NCBI GenBank assembly: GCA_010093705.1
Contig: MU006104.1
Span: forward strand, 434,001-498,000
Source: Patellaria atrata CBS 101060
Taxonomy: Eukaryota
Length of the DNA stretch: 64,000 nucleotides
Direction of reading: 5' to 3'
Positions 1-13,012 of the stretch are shown piece after piece. The stretch's first letter is position 1, and each line of letters opens with the position of its first letter. A program made the position numbers and the translations under genes. The notes beneath the pieces were generated by a model. The model made no database searches, was not told the origin of the DNA, and saw only the letters and a list, made by a program, of their open reading frames with translations.

Positions 1-378
1 ATAGAGGAAGGAACGTCACCATGGAGGAAAGAGCGAAGGTGAACGTGAGCTGGGAAAAAAGAACCCTGAATTGCTCCAATCTCATCATGTCTATCTATTC
101 CACCTGAACGGTACCATATCTATCTCGAACATGATCCCAAGATGGAAAAGGAAAACGGTATGAGCAACACCCGACTCCCGCTAAAACCCAGAGAAAACCT
201 CAAACGTGTATCTTCAGATGTTTCCATTTCCAAGCCCGACAAATGCTCCAAATCCATTCGTCATCGTGAAGTCGTGAGAACTACCTTAAGAGATTCTGCA
301 CATATTCCGTCCCAAAGCAGAAGGTACGACACCACCGTGCTTGCTCAATCCACCAGGGCAAGCTGCGTTCTATAAACG

Positions 379-2605
379 TCACCGTCGCTCAAACTCCGGC
401 GTATCCCCCGCAACCCTGTCCAAAACCGTGTGCTCGCTCCCAAACTGCTCCAACGGCTCCACGGTCGGAAACCCCTGGAACCCCGGTCCGCTCGGCTGCG
501 CGGGAGGCAGCATCCTCTTTTCCCCGTTCCCGCCCTGCTCCAACCTCTCCACGAAGCCGACTCTCAGATCCGGCACGCCCGCTCTGCTCACCTGTTTCTG
601 CGCCAAACTCGGTTTTTCGGCCAGATTATTGAGCATAGCGCGGCTTGCGTCGAGCATCTGCACCGCGTACTCGAGGAACTCGGCGCGCTTGGAGCTGACG
701 GAGAGGGTCCAGCGGTACTCCCTCAGCCGAGTCTTGTAGAACTCAGCTTCCTCCTGCCCCGGGGCGGTGGCCCAGAGCAAACTGCCAAAAGTGCCGATGA
801 GGGTAAAATTGATCTTGGAGGCAAAATACCAGAAAGACTGTAAGTGGGCGGGTTTGAGGCGGTTGACGAAGTCCATGGCGGAGATGAGACGGGTTTTGGC
901 GGCTGAGCGGCAGATGTAGAGGAGATAGGAGTCTGCAGTCTCTGGATCGAGTGACTGGATAATGCGTCGGTGTAGGGTAATTTCTGTGGCGAAGTAGGCG
1001 AGGTGGAGATAGCCGGTGGAAGAGAGATTGGAATTGCCGACGTTGTCCATGCGTGTGGAGGGTGGGAGACTGGCAAACCATTCTTTGAGTTTGATTTGGA
1101 CAGGTTTTGCGCGTTCGAGGATCAAGCGTGTGGAATCTTTCCCCGCATTTTCGAAGTCTTGTATTGCGACTTGGGTGTAGAAGGTATCCATTACCTCTGC
1201 CATGATTCCTGTCAAAGATATCATTTGAGCGAATAAAACTTGACCTTTCTCCTGTTCAGCTTGTTGCTCGGGAGTTAAGGGATCTGGTTCAGTTGTAGCG
1301 CTATCGGATTCAGAAAAGTCTTCATCAGTGATACACCTTACAGCCCAGTTAGCACTAAATATATGAGATGGTCGACCATGGATTAAGGAACTCCATTTAT
1401 CCTGCATATACAAAGCCCACGCTATGCGTCTTCGTAGACCTCGTTCCCAGAGCGGGATTGACCAGTTGGAGCAATCGAGATGCAAACCCAGCTCTTGACC
1501 TATGGCAACCAACTGTGTCGTTAGACTCCATGAATCTGTATCTGGTCTTTGCAATAACAGCATACCACCTTGTACAGTGGACAATTTCGGTCTTTCCATG
1601 GCGGAAGATAGTGCTCTCAGCGCAATAGTTTCTAATCTTGTTGCATCGGGCTTTGGAATTCCTTGGAGTTTAGGTTCGTGATACCACCAGTTTAGGGCAA
1701 GCAAGTACATGCCAGCAAGCAGAGCAGGAGAAAATTGCCAATCTCCATTGCGTAGACGGTCATAAAATATTGTCTTTTGTATTATTGGGAAACTTGGATG
1801 TACGGTGCGGAAATAGATGTCGATAAGGGTTCTCCCATGTGGAGAGATGACCTCGTCGATGGCCGCGAGGAACTGTGTATCCTCGCCATATTCTTGGGAG
1901 CTTTCATCAGGTAGCATAATGAAACACTCATGATCATTCACCCTCCTTAACGTCCCCAGATCGAACGAGCTTTCGTTTCGAGTATCGAACTTGGAAAGAC
2001 TTATGAGTGTTGGGTCGAAGGGAGTAGTTAGACCAATGTGTCTACTGTGTCTTCGACGCTGAAGTCCTAATGTCTCGCCAAAGATCTTTGTTTCCCTTTG
2101 GGTTACAGGTTGTTGTAACGGGCTTATCGAAGGTGTCGATAGTCCAGCTTTTTGTATCACTTGTTGCGGCTCTACATCAATCGATCTTAGTTGTACCGAA
2201 AGTATTAGCGGCGATTCGACAGAGACTAAGACGTTTTGGGAATATATCATTCCAACCTCACCTCTTCTTTGAACCTTCGTCCTTCTTCCCTTCTGCTGGA
2301 GGTTTCCTCTTCCTTGGTTGTGGACTTTGGACAAAGGTACACTCTTGTTTATGAAACTCACAGAGCACACAGAGGACGGCACCTTCATGTATCACGCAGC
2401 GACTCTTCCTCCTTCGACAAGCATCACAAGGCCTTTCCCTGCGAGAGCGTATGTTCGTTGCCGTTCCACTGGTGGACACGGGTTTGGTGACATGAGGGAT
2501 ATTTTCCTTCCCTGACATCGGCCGCTTGTTGCGTGGGCGTGCAGCTGCAATGGGAACGGGAGCAGGACGTGGCAGGGCAGGTTGGATGGCGAGCGCAGTC
2601 GTCAT
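379..2605 (-). CDS. tamA: Zn(II)2Cys6 transcriptional co-activator, DAL81/TamA-like (2 exons)
   Basis: Exon 1 has RSRRERPCDACRRRKSRCVIHEGAVLCVLCEFHKQECTF. GT-AG intron 2261-2186 with GCTAAT branch site. Exon 2 has a fungal TF middle-homology domain (YFRTVHPSFPI, LGLHLDCSNWSIPLWERGLRRRIAWALYMQDKWSSLIHGRPSHI) typical of Dal81/TamA. Confidence 0.85.
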
Positions 2606-3211
2606 ATCGATATGGTTTGTGCCTTTGACTGGTTGGGCGCGGATGGATAGACCGAGATAACAATATTGGTCTTCACGGCTTGGGGGTTTCCCTTTGCCCT
2701 TGTCAAACTGCGGGAAAGCCGTTGTTAGTGTCCGTCATGAACGGTTAATCGACAAAGAAGGGGAGAAAAGGGTATACTAACAACCAGTCACACGACAGCT
2801 TAATGTCAAAATGAGATAGTAAGCCTTGCAAATCCAGGCCTATTGCGGGATGACGAAAAGGATTGCTTATCGCGTGGGACGGTGGGAGAAAAGAAGGGGG
2901 TTACGGGTGTAATATCAGGCCTAAGGGTTACTGATACTTGGCTCAGTTATCAGACAAAAAAGGAACGATTATTCGGTGAAAACCGTAAGGGAGATAGAGG
3001 GTAGAATGTTAGAATCTATATCTGCTGCATGAGGCTAAAGACCACCTATATTGCCATCAGGGCAGCGAACCCAGAAGAACGAGATAAGCTAAACTTCTGC
3101 TCGTCATTGAACTCTTTGCAGGGGAAGTACTTTTGTGCGTTTTTGGATCAGGTAAATAGCAACGGTGGTGGCTTGTATTGTACAATACAATACAAGATCC
3201 ACCTCCGCCCT

Positions 3212-3282
3212 GTGCAAGAGTAGTGCAGAGTGCAAGAGTAGTGCAGAGTGCAGAGTGCGGAGTGCAGAGTGCAGAGTGCAGA
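3212..3282. repeat. Degenerate 7-bp tandem repeat (AGTGCAG)n upstream of the TamA-like gene
   Basis: Directly visible: gtgcaagagtagtgcagagtgcaagagtagtgcagagtgcagagtgcggagtgcagagtgcagagtgcaga. Confidence 0.85.
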
Positions 3283-5002
3283 TTGTTCTCTTTCAGGTTC
3301 GATCGAGGGGCAACTTAGGCAAGATATGAGACACGCAGTCGACAAGTCCGCACAGAGCAGTCGGTTCTCTTTTTGACTTGTTCGAAAGCTTCAACCAAGA
3401 CAAGTTATTGTTACGTATTCTTCTTGTCGGGACCCTGTCTGGCTGAGGTCATTTTTGGGGAAGTGTCGCTTCATGAATGACAATATTCCATGAAAATATA
3501 TGGATGATCGGATTATCGAAGTAGTACTCCTTAACTGAAGCTTTTGAGCTTGGGTCTTGATAACGAACTTTTCCTTATTGGATGATGGTCCATGTCGCGC
3601 GTAATACCTTTTGTCAAGCCAACTCGAGTTTACCCGAACTGGTTTAGTCCCCGTCTCTAAGGAGCTTGAACGGTTGGTCGGCTTCGATGGCCGAGATTGC
3701 CGTGCAGCGGAGCATCTTCCATTGTCAACAATCATCCCAAGGAAATCTTGTACTTCCCAAAACAATAATAGCAGAATTCAAAGCTCCGCTCCGGGAGGGA
3801 ATCACGTAAAGTTATTGAAATGACGGTGAAAGGTGAACGGGAGGTGGCGGGGTAGAACTAAGGTAACGGAGAACGAAGAACGAAGAACCAAGAACGAAAA
3901 CCATACGGTAGATAAGATACAAAAAGGAAACGGGACAATACCGGCCTAGGAGATGGAACTCAAAAACCCTCAATCACGTGAAAAGTGGGAGCTTCTGAAG
4001 TGTGGGGCTAGATCTGCGTAATATATCTCCGTTAACGTGATCGCCAAGGACAGACATCGCTTTCCAGCTTCCACACAAGGGAAACAACTTGTAGCTAAAA
4101 ACGTAAAAGGTAGATGTGGGACTCGCAGTCCAGACGGTTGAATCAGGACTAAATACCTACCTTATCAGGTAACAATGCTAGCTTCCCCTTGTCGTAATTG
4201 TATTTTCGAACAACGTAGCCCACGTGACGACACTTTTTCTCCAGAAAACATTAGAAACAAGATGGTGAGGCATACTAAGAAGAGTAGGACTGGAGAGGAC
4301 GAGACCACTAAACAGGTAAACATTTCCTTCAGGTGGCTAGAGCTAAAAACGAACGTGCCTAAGATGGCGCAATCATAAAGGCTGCTGATGCTCATACCAG
4401 ATACCACACTCATTTCGTCAGGTCACTCAGGTGGGCTGTCCTTTCGTTCGGTCCTGTGGACGTCGGAATAGAGTTAAGTCGGTAAGAAGCGAATCAAGCC
4501 ATCTCTAATGTACAGTACCTGGTTCATATAAGGTACAGTACCTTACGGCTCACTACCTACCACCCGCGTGGAAAGAATATTCTACGATTTCTCCTCGGAG
4601 CGAACCAGGAAAGGCATCCTGTGCGACATTCCAGCCCTACAAGGCACTCCATATATCTTCCCTTGCCACGCTCGACACTCCTCGTTTGCTGTACGCTTTC
4701 TATACTCTGCTTGGTGGACTCTCACGCTAAGCTCTGGGAAGCTATTGGGGGTTAGGTATGATATTAGCACTATATAGCTGGCATTTCAATGTAAAGTCTC
4801 ATCCAGCGCATACAGCGAAGCGGGGACCGATTGTTAGACCAAGTCTACAGTACTTAGGAGTGCCCTGGTAAGGCAAGATGCAATTAAGTCGTTTCTGAGG
4901 GTTTCTAATATGGGTATGTAACGCCGTATGGCATGCTCATCTTCCTTCACAAGATCCTAGTATAACCCCATTAGAGGCTTATTCCTAGTAATCATACTAT
5001 GT

Positions 5003-7652
5003 TCATGCTTCCGCCTTCACTTCACCGCCTGCGCCATTTACTGTTTCCTGCAGAGCTTGCGGTCTCCACTTCGTCAGCAGCTTTGCTGTTGATGGTCTCG
5101 CATCCTCATAGTTCCTCCACAAATCTTCCAAGGCATCGAGACACATCTCTCTCACTGGTGGTCTTAAAATGATCAAATAGCTGGAGACAAATTAGCGTCA
5201 TACACTTTACTGGTACTAAGAAAGCAAGAACTTACTGTATCGCACTCACAGCTAACGTCACTCTCTCTGGATCGCTCGCTAGCCGTTTCACCCGATCTAA
5301 CAGTTCCCTGTCCAGTTGTGGGATCTCCGACAAGAACCGAATCAGAACCTTGTCCTTTGCATCTAAGTATGGTACCATCCCATCTAGCACCTTCTTAGCC
5401 CACTTATCATAATTCATTGTCGGTTCTTCACCATTCTGCGACTGAATACGGTCGTTGTACCACTCCTCGCAGAGCCATGAGATAGCAACATCGATACGAC
5501 GGCGGAAGTCTTCAATGATATACATGTAGAGGGTCTCGCGGATCGAGTCTGAAAACGTCATTTGAGACCGTCGTACTCGGGCTGCGTAAGGATCCTCCTC
5601 CGACTTGACCTTACTGGTGCCGTTCTCTAATCCAGCTGTCGAACGCGTTGCTAGCCGAGTTATGATAGTGATCCACGCGTCTCGATCGTGGCTGCTTGCA
5701 GCCAGCCGACTGAACCCCCGCTTCTGAGGCTTCGAGCTACCACCCTCGTCAAATGACCCCATCGTACCAAAAACACGGTTGATAGCATTTCTACTACATT
5801 CCATGATTTCTTGATCTGTCAGGGGAGGGGGTTGAGGCATCTCGAAAGACCCTAGAGTAACCTCAACGGCGCGATCCGGCGGTACTAAGGGATCTGGTGG
5901 TGCGTTGTCAAGCTGATTAAGTATTTGTTCAGCATCTTCTGTAGGTTGATAATCAGGTTCGTAATCATCATCGTCCTCGGGCGCTGCTACAGCTTTGCTA
6001 GCTGCGGCGGCTACAATTGCCTTCTGTTGTTGCTGTGCCCGGCTTAGAGAGAGATACCGTCCCCTTACTGCCTAGAAGAGCATTAGCTGGGATCAAATTC
6101 AGAATTTAGATTGTCATACATTGATGGCGTTGTTCATCTTATTCTTGTCTATGCTGCTTAGAATCGGTATCAACAAGTTATTAACGACGTCAATGGGAAT
6201 AGCCCGGACATCGAAGCTAGCGGACCCTTTATCTTGGGTGAGGGTAAATAGTTGGGCGATAGTGGTCCGCCCCTGAGGTGGTTGAGGAGGCTGAGAGGGT
6301 TGAGGAGGGATTGATGAATGAGTATTCGGTGCTGGGGTGACCTCCGCTCCAAGTCGCTGCCGCTTTGCGTGGTCAAGACCATCAGTAGGTTCGGTAGGGG
6401 CAGGACGCTTCCGATTGGCTTCTTCCAGCATTTCTAAGCGAGTATGCTGAAGCCTCTCGACAGCTTGTTGGATTCTTGGACCTAAAGGATGGTGTGGGTT
6501 TCTAGAGAGTTAGGGGTTAGAACGAATATTTGTCTCGTACAAATCCACTTACTTCTTGATAAGATGAACGAGCAAAGATCGCATTGTACGCTCCATGGAT
6601 CGAATCATAACTTTCGTCTTAGGTGTGAACGGTTGGAACTGTGCAAGCCTAAAGGGATTGAAGTTAAGGACTACCGAGATGATTTTGTTTGCGATGGTTG
6701 GACGGTATCTGATCAAAGAGCCTAGAATGTTCATAGTTGCTGTGACCATGAGTGCATCACTACTTTGTCGTTAAAATCATTATCATGACAAAAAGGGCAC
6801 CATCTGAAATACCTGACTTCCTCCTGCAGAATACCAAGAAGGCGATCTAATAGACCTGATGCTTCTGCTTCTAATTGGGGTGGCGGTATCACTGGATGGT
6901 CTCGGGGTACCAGAGCAGACGAGAGCTCATTATTTTCAGGGCGCTATCTCACAATTAGACACATGCTATAACTGCACAGATATTCCGGGACATTGCATAC
7001 CCTCGGATCAGAAATTACGCCTGGGGTTTGCGTCTGTACCACTCGCTGAATGAATTTGATACAGCATACGCGGACCCCTGGAGGAGAACTATCCATTCTC
7101 CGGAGAATATTTGACTTGATAGCGGCCATTTTTTGCCATGTTGCGCTATCATGGGGATTGTTGATACTGAAGAAATCACACAATGAGAATATGTTCATAC
7201 GAGAGGACCTGATAGCAAATCCCTTGACCCGTTTGTGGTGCATATGATAGCCTCCACCTAAAGCCTCACAGCATTGATCATCGACATAGGACGAAGTCCT
7301 AGCTACAATGCAACTGGTTGGATGGGATCACTCACATATGTCTGAACACTAGCGGGAATATGCTAGCTGCGGTTTGCACAACGTTTTTTACCACGGCTGT
7401 ATCCTCTCCAGGTACTTCCAGGTATCCCTTCAAAGTATCCAATACCCCCAAGCTCAGTTGTCGTTTTTCATCCACTCCTAACAAAGGAGATGAAAAGGTC
7501 TCGGCAAGAAACTCTGAACCCCATCTCCGCAAGTCTAGATTTGCATTGGCGCCGATGATAGGGAGGACACTGGGTACGATTTGGGGGTAGTAAGCGGCAT
7601 CCGTTAACGCCAGTCCCCGCGCGGTGTTGAGCTGTGAGATAGTATCGTTCAT
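5003..7652 (-). CDS. PTA1: mRNA cleavage/polyadenylation factor subunit Pta1 (symplekin N-terminal domain), multi-exon
   Basis: MNDTISQLNTARGLALTDAAYYPQIVPSVLPII...LRRWGSEFLAETF; GVRVCCIKFIQRVVQTQTPG; DFRRRIDVAISWLCEEWYND; last exon YLIILRPPVREMCLDALEDLW...KWRP, stop at 5003-5005. About six GT-AG introns join the ORF fragments. Confidence 0.9.
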
Positions 7653-8115
7653 TGCGCAAGCAAGGGCGCAGAAGGTAAGTTAAAAATCTAGGGTTCAGAA
7701 AATGAAGCAGTGGTATCCAGAGGTAATATGGGCTCTAGGGAAAGTTGTGAAGCTGTTAGCTACCACACGCGTCGGATCACCGCTGAAGCTGCTTTAACGA
7801 CCGGGAGCAAGGTCGTAATGAGCTCCAGAGACTCCCAGTCCCATGCTACTATCTAGAAATGCGATTTGCAAGTGAGACGTAGAAGAGCAGTGGCGCGAAG
7901 GGGGAAGTTTCAATTGAAGATGGACTCGATAGAGGTGTTGAAAGAAATATCCCCGGAGAGCTTCGTCTTTGACGTGGATGCGGGAAGAATAGCGCGTGCT
8001 CGATTGCCAAGATTTTGCCTAAAAGAGCCGCATCACCACCTCGAACACGACATCAGCAGTCTAACGATACTGGACTCCCGTCAGATCTACCGATTCAGAC
8101 CTCCCTCAGGTAACA

Positions 8116-8484
8116 ATGCCAGTGTACGTTTAAGATACTGAATAGTTCGAACATCCCTAACATATCCCCCAGTATTCCAAGATCCACATACTACGACCGC
8201 AATTACCGACAATCAGAAGCTCTAATAAGAGCTAGACGGCCATATCTCATCAAGAATGCCTTAACTGGTCTGAGTCTTTTCTGTTTCGCCGTTGGTGTTT
8301 GTACGTTTAGTCCAATATACATCCTGAAAGTGCGTCTACTAGCTAACAGTCTCAAACAGACTCTTTTACCATCAATGCAGTCGCTCAAGATGAGTTCGAG
8401 GATGTCATCGTCCCAGATAAACCCGTCCAATCAGCGCACGCTCCAAATGCCAGCTCGAACAAAATGGCAGGTTCTGCTTCTTGA
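8116..8484 (+). CDS. COA3: Cytochrome c oxidase assembly factor 3 (86 aa, 3 exons)
   Basis: Exons 8116-8123, 8173-8300 and 8360-8484 with GTACGT..CTAAC..CAG introns give MPVIPRSTYYDRNYRQSEALIRARRPYLIKNALTGLSLFCFAVGVYSFTINAVAQDEFEDVIVPDKP...; the ALxRARRPY..KN, single TM and Y..TI.AV.QD.F.DV pattern is the Coa3 signature. Confidence 0.9.
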
Positions 8485-8944
8485 GTCTAGTATTGATCAA
8501 AAGGGTTGGAGTTAAATATTTTGCATGGATCGGCGTTCAGGAATTCTTCGTTACAATATCAATGGTATTGATATCAGGAGGACGGTGGAATGACTTGCCA
8601 CTCCACGAATTCATTGGTACATATTATTCGCTTGAATAGGCGATGATGGATGAAGGGAATACTTGAGTAGCATCTATTGAATAAATTCGATTGAATTTAT
8701 ATACGATCTGTATAGAAAATACTTCTCCCTGCAGAAGATGATGCTCCAAGTATTGTATTTTCAAGACCTTTGATGAGTGAAGAAGCACAGTGTACATACG
8801 GGTAGTAAGAACAATCAGAACCCGACTGGCAATTAGCCTCAAGAATCCATGGGTCCTATACCTTAAGCTATATACTACTTACCAAGAAAGTTTAAACACA
8901 AAATATACCACCCAACAAGCCTGCAATCACCATAATTATATTGA

Positions 8945-9906
8945 GGGAACTATTATTTTAACACCCCCCTTTCTATACGTTAACACCTTCTTTTTACTAT
9001 ATTAATACCCCTCTTGAAAAAAGGAACGAGATTAATCTAAAGGGATAATTAAATATATGTTAACGACGGGAATTTATACTTCTCTAAGCCGGAACCAGAT
9101 AGGTATAAACATGCGTAAGGTTTCTCACTGATGAGAGACCTTCCTGGAAGGGTTAGGTTTCCGCTTCGTGATAGAACGTGTAAAGATTTGCACTTCAAGT
9201 TGACAATACAACTTGCTTCCCCTTAACTCTCTCAAGGCTTCACAGTAGAGACAAGTGATACTGTACGAACACAGTATGATAAAGGTGAGTTCAGTCAAAG
9301 ATCGTAACATCCAATTTAGATGGTAAGATGAACTACGAAGAATCTAAATACATGCTTAAAGGAGCGTCCTTAAGTATTTCTCCTCCAAGTCCTCTTCTGA
9401 GTGTTTGGACGTGCTGGACGTCGAACCCTTCTACGTCCACTGCGTCCAAACCTCCTTTGGACGTGTTGGACGTAGAACCCCCTCTGCGTCCACTGCGTCC
9501 AAGTCACGTGACCTTCGTGTCTCTGCCTTTCCCCCCTGGTTGTACCGCGTGGCCTTTCTCCGTCCCCACTTATCAACTGCATGCTTTTACAACTTGTGGC
9601 CGTAACAATATATTTACTTTTAAATAGAGGTTTCTTTCAATTTTATTATAATTTTTAATACTTTACCTTAAATCTATAATAGTAACTTAGATCTATACCT
9701 CATTAGATATAGCCTAAAATTCAGCTAGTATCTTTTAATAGTATAACTTATTTAAGTTTGGCTCTATTAATAATTAGTAGTATTAGATATTAGCTTTATA
9801 CGCCTTTTATAACGAAAAGTTACACTACCGCTTTAGATTAGCCTCCTTCCCTTTTTAGGTGGTGGTGTTGATATAGTAAAAAGGGGGTGTCAAAATAACA
9901 GTCCCC
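8945..9906. mobile_element. Non-autonomous Mutator-like (MULE) DNA transposon with RIP-like decay
   Basis: Left end GGGAACTATTATTTTAACACCCCC versus reverse complement of right end GGGGACTGTTATTTTGACACCCCC (differences are G/A transitions). Identical 9-bp flanks TTATATTGA at 8936-8944 and 9907-9915. AT/TpA-rich ends; no transposase ORF. Confidence 0.9.
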
Positions 9907-10131
9907 TTATATTGAATTAGGGTATCCGTGATTACTTTTAGTTTCCTGACACTTCAAGTGTCTATTCACTTCTGTATATACAAGGTGGTCTGTTGAACAG
10001 CATCCCACGAATATTGCAAGTATGTACAAAAACTTTTCCGAAAACACCGATATGCAACTCCGTTTTATCTAATCTACCCATCTTGAAGAACTCGCTAAAG
10101 TGTTGAAATAGTGAAAGCGGACAAGAAAAGT

Positions 10132-13012
10132 TTAATGTATGCGTGTCATTTCGATGCTGTCGGTCATAGATCGTGCTGGATGATGTAAGGCAGGTGCCGG
10201 GGTAGATGAGGGACCAGCGTGCTCTTGATTATCAATACGTACCGCAGCCGGGCTAATCATTCCAGACCGCGGATCGATACGGTGGCCACCAGGAGTCCTG
10301 TTTTCGGGAATATCCGCCATCCCCGATTCCATCAAAACAGCTTCGTCATCCTGTCCCCGATTTCGGCCAAAGAACCTATTACGATGGTTGGTCCGGTTGC
10401 GCGCCGCAGAAGTATCCGTCCCGATTCTATTAAGACGAGGCATCGCACTAGAGGATATGGAACTAGACCGACCGACTACCTCGCCGGACACACGAGATTG
10501 ATCTTGAGAACGACGCTTTGGTGACCGATACTCCGCTGGTATACGAACTCTGGAGCGGCTGTCATCTTCAAATACGTCACCAGTATAGTTTCCAGAGGAA
10601 ACATCCTTCATGCCGAGAGAAAAGTCAACACGTCGTCCCATAGCAGCGAGAGTTTCACCGCGAGCGCGGGTGGAGGAGTGGGGAACCTGATTTTGTTCCG
10701 TAGGAGCAACAGAAGGGGGAACTTGAGTGTCTGACTTTAGAATTCCGTTCGGGTCCCCGATATGAGGAATGTTCTGTAGATAAACAGGGAAGGATTCTTT
10801 TTGCCCAGGGTAACGCATCCGCGGTCCTTCAATTCCAATTTCTTGCATCGACACCATTAAAGCACAAATGAACCGATTCCTCCGCTGGAGGCGGAGCAAC
10901 TCATTCTGCCAGTTAGTCTTATAGAAGAAGACCACGTTAAGTTTAATGGCATGTGCTTCCATTACTTCGCGTAGCTCCGTGAGAATGTTCGGTTGGTATT
11001 CACGCTTCTCTGTTATGACGAATTCGAGCAGTCGCTGACGTAGTTGGTCAATCTGATCAAGCGTGGTTCCAAACTTAATAATGACTGGTACGGCTTCCGC
11101 TAGCCCACCGGATCGGCGTTGGTTCAGGATAAAGAGAGTGTTCAAGTAGCTATTAGGAGCCTGTACAGTATCAATATCATCGTCAATAGGTCTTGCCTAT
11201 TAGGTAGACTAGAACTGTACAAAGAGGAATACATACCTGTACAATATGACCTTCCATTTTCTTGAACTCTGTGTACAAGAGGGCGATTTCTTTTACGAAG
11301 TAATCATCACCCATGCCGAGCGCCCCTGTATTACCGTATATGCCCACACGGTCGCCAACATCGAAAGGATGCTTAACAAATACGAAGATCACAGATTGTA
11401 GGAACTCCTGGGCAGTGGCGGAAAAGAGCCAAGAAAGTGCTAAAACGGTGGAGCCAGCGGAAGTAAGTACTCCAGCAGCAGATGTGGAAATGAGTGAAAT
11501 AAAGACTAGAATTGTAATGATGACGATGATGAACATAAAGACATCGTCAAGCTTGCTGACGACCGAATCAAGATCTTTGAGTGAAGCAGTTATTGATTTT
11601 CTTTCCCTACCAATCTCAACACATACTGCTTCCAGCTCTTCCATGCTAATATCACCATTCATATCTTTGTCGAACATCGAAAAGGCCGCTTCGGCTTCTT
11701 CCTCGTTCTGGAAGGCATCTTTAAGATCGTCTGAGAATACAGTTTCAGAATCTTCCCGTGCAAACGTCCGATACAAACGGCGAGCCAAAACTTGACTTCC
11801 GTTTGTTGTGCCCAAAAGGGTAAGGATCACCTGATGAGGATGGGTGCTCTGTAATACTTCTTTCCCTGTAAAATCCCCGGCGATCTTCCCTGCTACGTCT
11901 CCTATCTTACTGAATGCTTCCCGTGTATTCTTCTGGGCGTCTTTGACCAGTTGACCAGGAGTGCGGGCCCCAGAAGCCAGTCCAGGCGTAGATTGTTCGA
12001 ACTCAGAGTCGTCCATGGTAATTTTCTTCTTTGAGAACTCGTACAGTTTTGTCAAGGAGCCTATTTGGAACTTGTTGACGTCGATACGATCCTGGTACGT
12101 TCTTAAGTGGAAGCTGATCGCAATGAGCTGAATGATAATCTTTTCAGCGAAATTGAGAATGAATCCAACGAAAAGCGCAACCAGAACCTTGTTCATTGTA
12201 GACTCCCAATGTTTGATACCTCGAGAGCCATCGACATGATGATTTATCATTGTAGGGAGAAAAGATACCTCGATTGCAAGCCACCAAAAAAAGAGTGTTG
12301 CAGGCAATTCTAACTGTTTCCCCATGTCCCTCCACTTTTTAGCGTTGTTGGTGAATATGCTTGAAACTGTACCAATGGGCCATGGGAGACATTTAGCCAA
12401 AATTCTACCAGCCCACAAACTGGTCCAGATTATCTCCAACCAAATACAGAACCACGGTAAATCAACGCCTCCAACGTGAGCATCTTTGAAGACGAAGATG
12501 CCGAGTAGCAACGGAATGAGGATAATGGCGACAATAGGGAAAATGTACGTGAAGTACCTAATGAGGAAGCTCGACTCATGGATTTTTTTGAAGAATTTCG
12601 CAGCGCTGGTTGTTGGATGTTCTGGTGGTTTGTAGATCTGAGCGATGTTGTGAATAGGCTCCGTGGCTACATCAAAGTCGTCGACTGGATCTTGTCGGCT
12701 GCGTGATCGATGTAGCTGTCGAGAGGTGGACTGGTCACGTTCTTCTTGGTTGATCTCGGTAATCTCCCGTTCAACTTGTAGCATGGCAAGGTCATCCGCA
12801 AGTCTATGGGATTGTTCCCGGGCCTGTGATGGCGAAGCAAGGGAATGTGCATTATGAATTTTATCCGCGTCAGTCAGCACATGGATATGATTGTCACTGC
12901 GAGTCGTCTGAATAGGCTCTTGGTGGAAAGATCCGTCCCCAACCATTGTGTCATCATCTGTTGATGGACTCTTAAATCGGTGTTCTTGTTTCTCATCGAT
13001 TGGGGTCACCAT
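10132..13012 (-). CDS. MscS-like mechanosensitive ion channel with EF-hand (Msy1/Msy2 type)
   Basis: Multiple TM helices; EF-hand [19 protein letters not shown]; MscS motif [15 protein letters not shown]. Intron 11236-11161 joins [27 protein letters not shown]. Confidence 0.92.

Noticed and set aside
9404..9503. CRISPR-like repeat array
   Set aside because: Only two units with a 5-bp spacer, in a eukaryotic context inside a transposon, with no cas genes.
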